This document shows, piece by piece, positions 61,400 through 64,000 of a stretch of 64,000 bases of DNA (its first letter is position 1; each line of letters starts with the position of its first letter). The notes under the pieces are model-generated. The model was not told the DNA's origin. It saw only the letters and a program-made list of their open reading frames with translations, and did no database searches. This DNA is from Chiloscyllium plagiosum (taxonomy: Eukaryota), in NCBI RefSeq assembly GCF_004010195.1, contig NC_057754.1:9301215-9365214 (forward strand), given 5' to 3'. The position numbers and the translations under genes were made by a program.

Positions 61400-62595
61400 A
61401 GTAAGGTACCCCTACTTCTGAACTCAAATCCTCTTGCAATAAACCAAAGCCAATAAACCATTTGCCCTCATAACTGCTTGCTGCACCTGCCTATCTACTT
61501 TCATTGACTGGTGCATAAGGGCACGCAGGTCCCTATATAGATTACATTTCCTGATATTTCACCATTAAATAGTACTCTTACTTTCTGTTTTCACACTAAA
61601 ATATATAAATTTACATTTAACCACTTTATACTGCATTTGTCAGGTTATTTCCCACTCACTCAACTTGTCTAAATCACCTTGAAGCCTCTTTACATTCTCC
61701 TCACAATGCACAATTCTGCCTAGTTCTGTATCGTCAGCAGACTTAGAAATGTTGACTTTGCTTTTCTCATCCGGGTCAATTATAAACATTATAAATAGCT
61801 GGGGCCCAAGCACGGATTCTTGTTGTATACCATTAGGCACTTGGAAAAAGACTCACTTATGCCCATGCTGTGTTTCCTGTCTTAACCAACTCTCAACCAT
61901 TGCCATTATATTACTGCTATCCCATATGTACTAATTTGTCCAGTAAGAGATCTTATCAAAAGCCTTCTATCCACTTGTTCTTCCTTATATATTCTTCTCA
62001 TTAAATCCTCAAAAATCTCCATTAGATTTCTTAAACATGATTAGCCTTTCATAAACCCATGCTGGCTTTGCACAATCTTGTTAATGCTTTCCAACTGTTT
62101 TGTTGTCACACTTGTTTATAATAGACTCTTAACATTTTCCCCACTGGTATTACGTTAATTGGTCTGTAATTCTCCATGTTCTTTCTCTCTCCCTTTTTAA
62201 ATAGTGGGGTTACATTTTCTGCCTTCCAATTTGTGGGAAATGCTCCAGAGTCTATAGAATTTTGGGAGTTAACTGCCCAAACATCCATTATTTCCAGTGC
62301 CACTTCCCTTAGTACTCTGGGATGTATATATAATGCCCTGGTAATTTGACAGCCCCATTAATGTCCCGAGCACTATTTTCTTTGTAATGCTGATTTCCTT
62401 CAACTCTTCTCCCTCACTAGACCCTTGGTTCCCTAATATTTATGGGAGGTTATTTGTGCCCTCTTTTGTGAACACAGAATCAAAGTATGCGTTCAATTCT
62501 TCAGCCATTTCTTTGTGGTTCATTATAATTTCATCTGCTTCTGGTTGTAAAGGACTTGCATTTGTCTTTACTAACATTTTTCTCTTCACATATTT
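61400..62595 (-). mobile_element. CR1 ORF2 fragment
   Basis: PTNWKAENVTPLFKKG..NYRPI; SVLGPQLF...SKSADDTELG. Confidence 0.85.
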
Positions 62596-62603
62596 ATATT
62601 TAG

Positions 62604-62765
62604 AGAGAGTAACCTCAAACCACACATCACGTTAAGATCTGATAGAGTCACTCCATTCACCAGGACCTGAATATCATGGCCTTTGACCAAGGAAGTAAAA
62701 AGGTTTATCTGTTGTGCTATGGGAAAAGATTTGAGATCAGTGTAACTAGAAATGCCCCAGAAAAT
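62604..62765 (+). other. Orphan copy of the ZNF family leader exon
   Basis: AACCTCAAACCACACATCACGTTAAGATCTGATAGAGTCACTCCATTCACCAGGACCTGAATATC aligns with 29715-29770, 49415-49480 and the ZNF-1 leader. Confidence 0.7.
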
Positions 62766-63279
62766 TCAAAATCTTGCCCAATCCATGCCTGGACAAATGT
62801 AATAACTATTTTTTTAAAAAATGGTGGAAGTACTCAGTAGGTCAGGTAGCACCTGTAGATGAAAAACAACATTAATATTTTAGGTCAACATGACCCTTTG
62901 TCAGAACAGAAAACCTATGTTCACTTTTTAGCACCATATTTCAGGAAGGATATACTGTACTGGCTCTTGGGTCAGAGCACTGAGATAGACTCCATATATC
63001 ATTGGGGTTTGAGAAAAAAAATGATTCATGGACATTATAGCACAGAATGAGGGCATTCTGCCCTTGAAGTCTCCATAGCACAATCCAGGCTGTCACATTC
63101 CACTCAATTCACAATGCCCTGCAAGGTTATTTCCTTGGGTATGGATACAATGTACTTGATAAATCATTGACCACTTTCTGAGACCACCTCTCTCTTAGGC
63201 AGTGAGTTCTGGGTACTTCCACTTGTTGCATAACAAACATCCTCTCATCCTCCCTGCATCCTTTCCCAAAAGCCTTGTA

Positions 63280-63627
63280 GGGTGACACGGTGGCTCAGTG
63301 GTTAGCACTGCTGCCTCACAGCGTCAGGGACCTGGGTTCAATTCCAGCCTCAAGTGACTATCTGTATGGAGTTTGCATGTTCTTATGTGTCTGTATGAGT
63401 TTCCTCTGGGTGCTCTGGTTTTCTCTCACAATCCAAAGATGTGCAGGTTAGGTGAATTGGCCAGGCTAAATTGCCCAGTGTTGAGGGATGTGTAGGTTAG
63501 GTGTATTAGTCAGGTAAATGTAGAGTAATAGTGTAGGAGAATGGGTCTGGATGGGTTACTCTTTGGAGGGTTGTTGTAGATCTTTTTGGCCAAATGGCCT
63601 GTTCCCACACTGTAGGGATTCTATGAT
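63280..63627 (+). mobile_element. HE1-like SINE
   Basis: tRNA head with B box GGTTCAATTCC, body and tail. Confidence 0.85.
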
Positions 63628-64000
63628 CTGTCTTCCATAACCCTTGGCCCATCACAGAACGAACATAATATTTTGTCTACCTCAAATAAATCTGTCAAAA
63701 TCTTGCAGATCTAAAGTGTGCGGACTGAACTGGGCTCTGGGTGTGTTCTAAACAGAGCTTTATAAAAGGTCTGCACTTTTTTCCCTGCTTTTGTTCTCAA
63801 CATCTTTATTTGTGACAAAATGTCCTGCTACTTTCAAAAATCTGCACACGTCAAACTCCCAGTCCCTGTGTCTTTGCACTCTTTATCTCTCTGCGTTTTA
63901 TATATATATATTTTTAACAACATTTTAAGTTTTTAAAAACCAAAACACCTGCAGATGCTGTAAATCTAAAATGAAAACAGAAATTGCTGGAAAAGCTCAG

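Overview
Repeat-rich eukaryotic DNA, almost certainly from a cartilaginous fish (shark). This is inferred from HE1-like tRNA-SINEs, HER1/CR1-type LINEs and shark-type Penelope elements; the species cannot be determined. The core of the window is a birth-and-death cluster of tandem C2H2 zinc-finger genes. Four long ORFs (13564-14640 -, 30098-31399 +, 49498-50535 +, 57303-58478 -; called ZNF-1 to ZNF-4 here) have 11-14 fingers each and no visible KRAB, SCAN or BTB domain. There are also two decayed finger relics and two orphan copies of the conserved leader exon. The genes share a cassette: a CpG-island promoter with YY1 (plus NRF1-like, RFX or NF-Y) sites, a short non-coding exon 1, a conserved leader, a conserved first finger (WKCxDCGKGFxYPSxLExHxRSH) and a conserved 3' UTR. 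A fifth CpG island at ~23 kb holds an array of six GC-box/CCAAT repeats separated by 16-bp variable spacers. The rest is mostly decayed CR1 LINEs, SINEs, Penelope elements and their short hammerhead-bearing derivatives, a solo LTR, a Tigger-like MITE, and Gypsy and Rex fragments. There is one assembly gap (8856-9071). All alignments were made by eye, so repeat boundaries are approximate.
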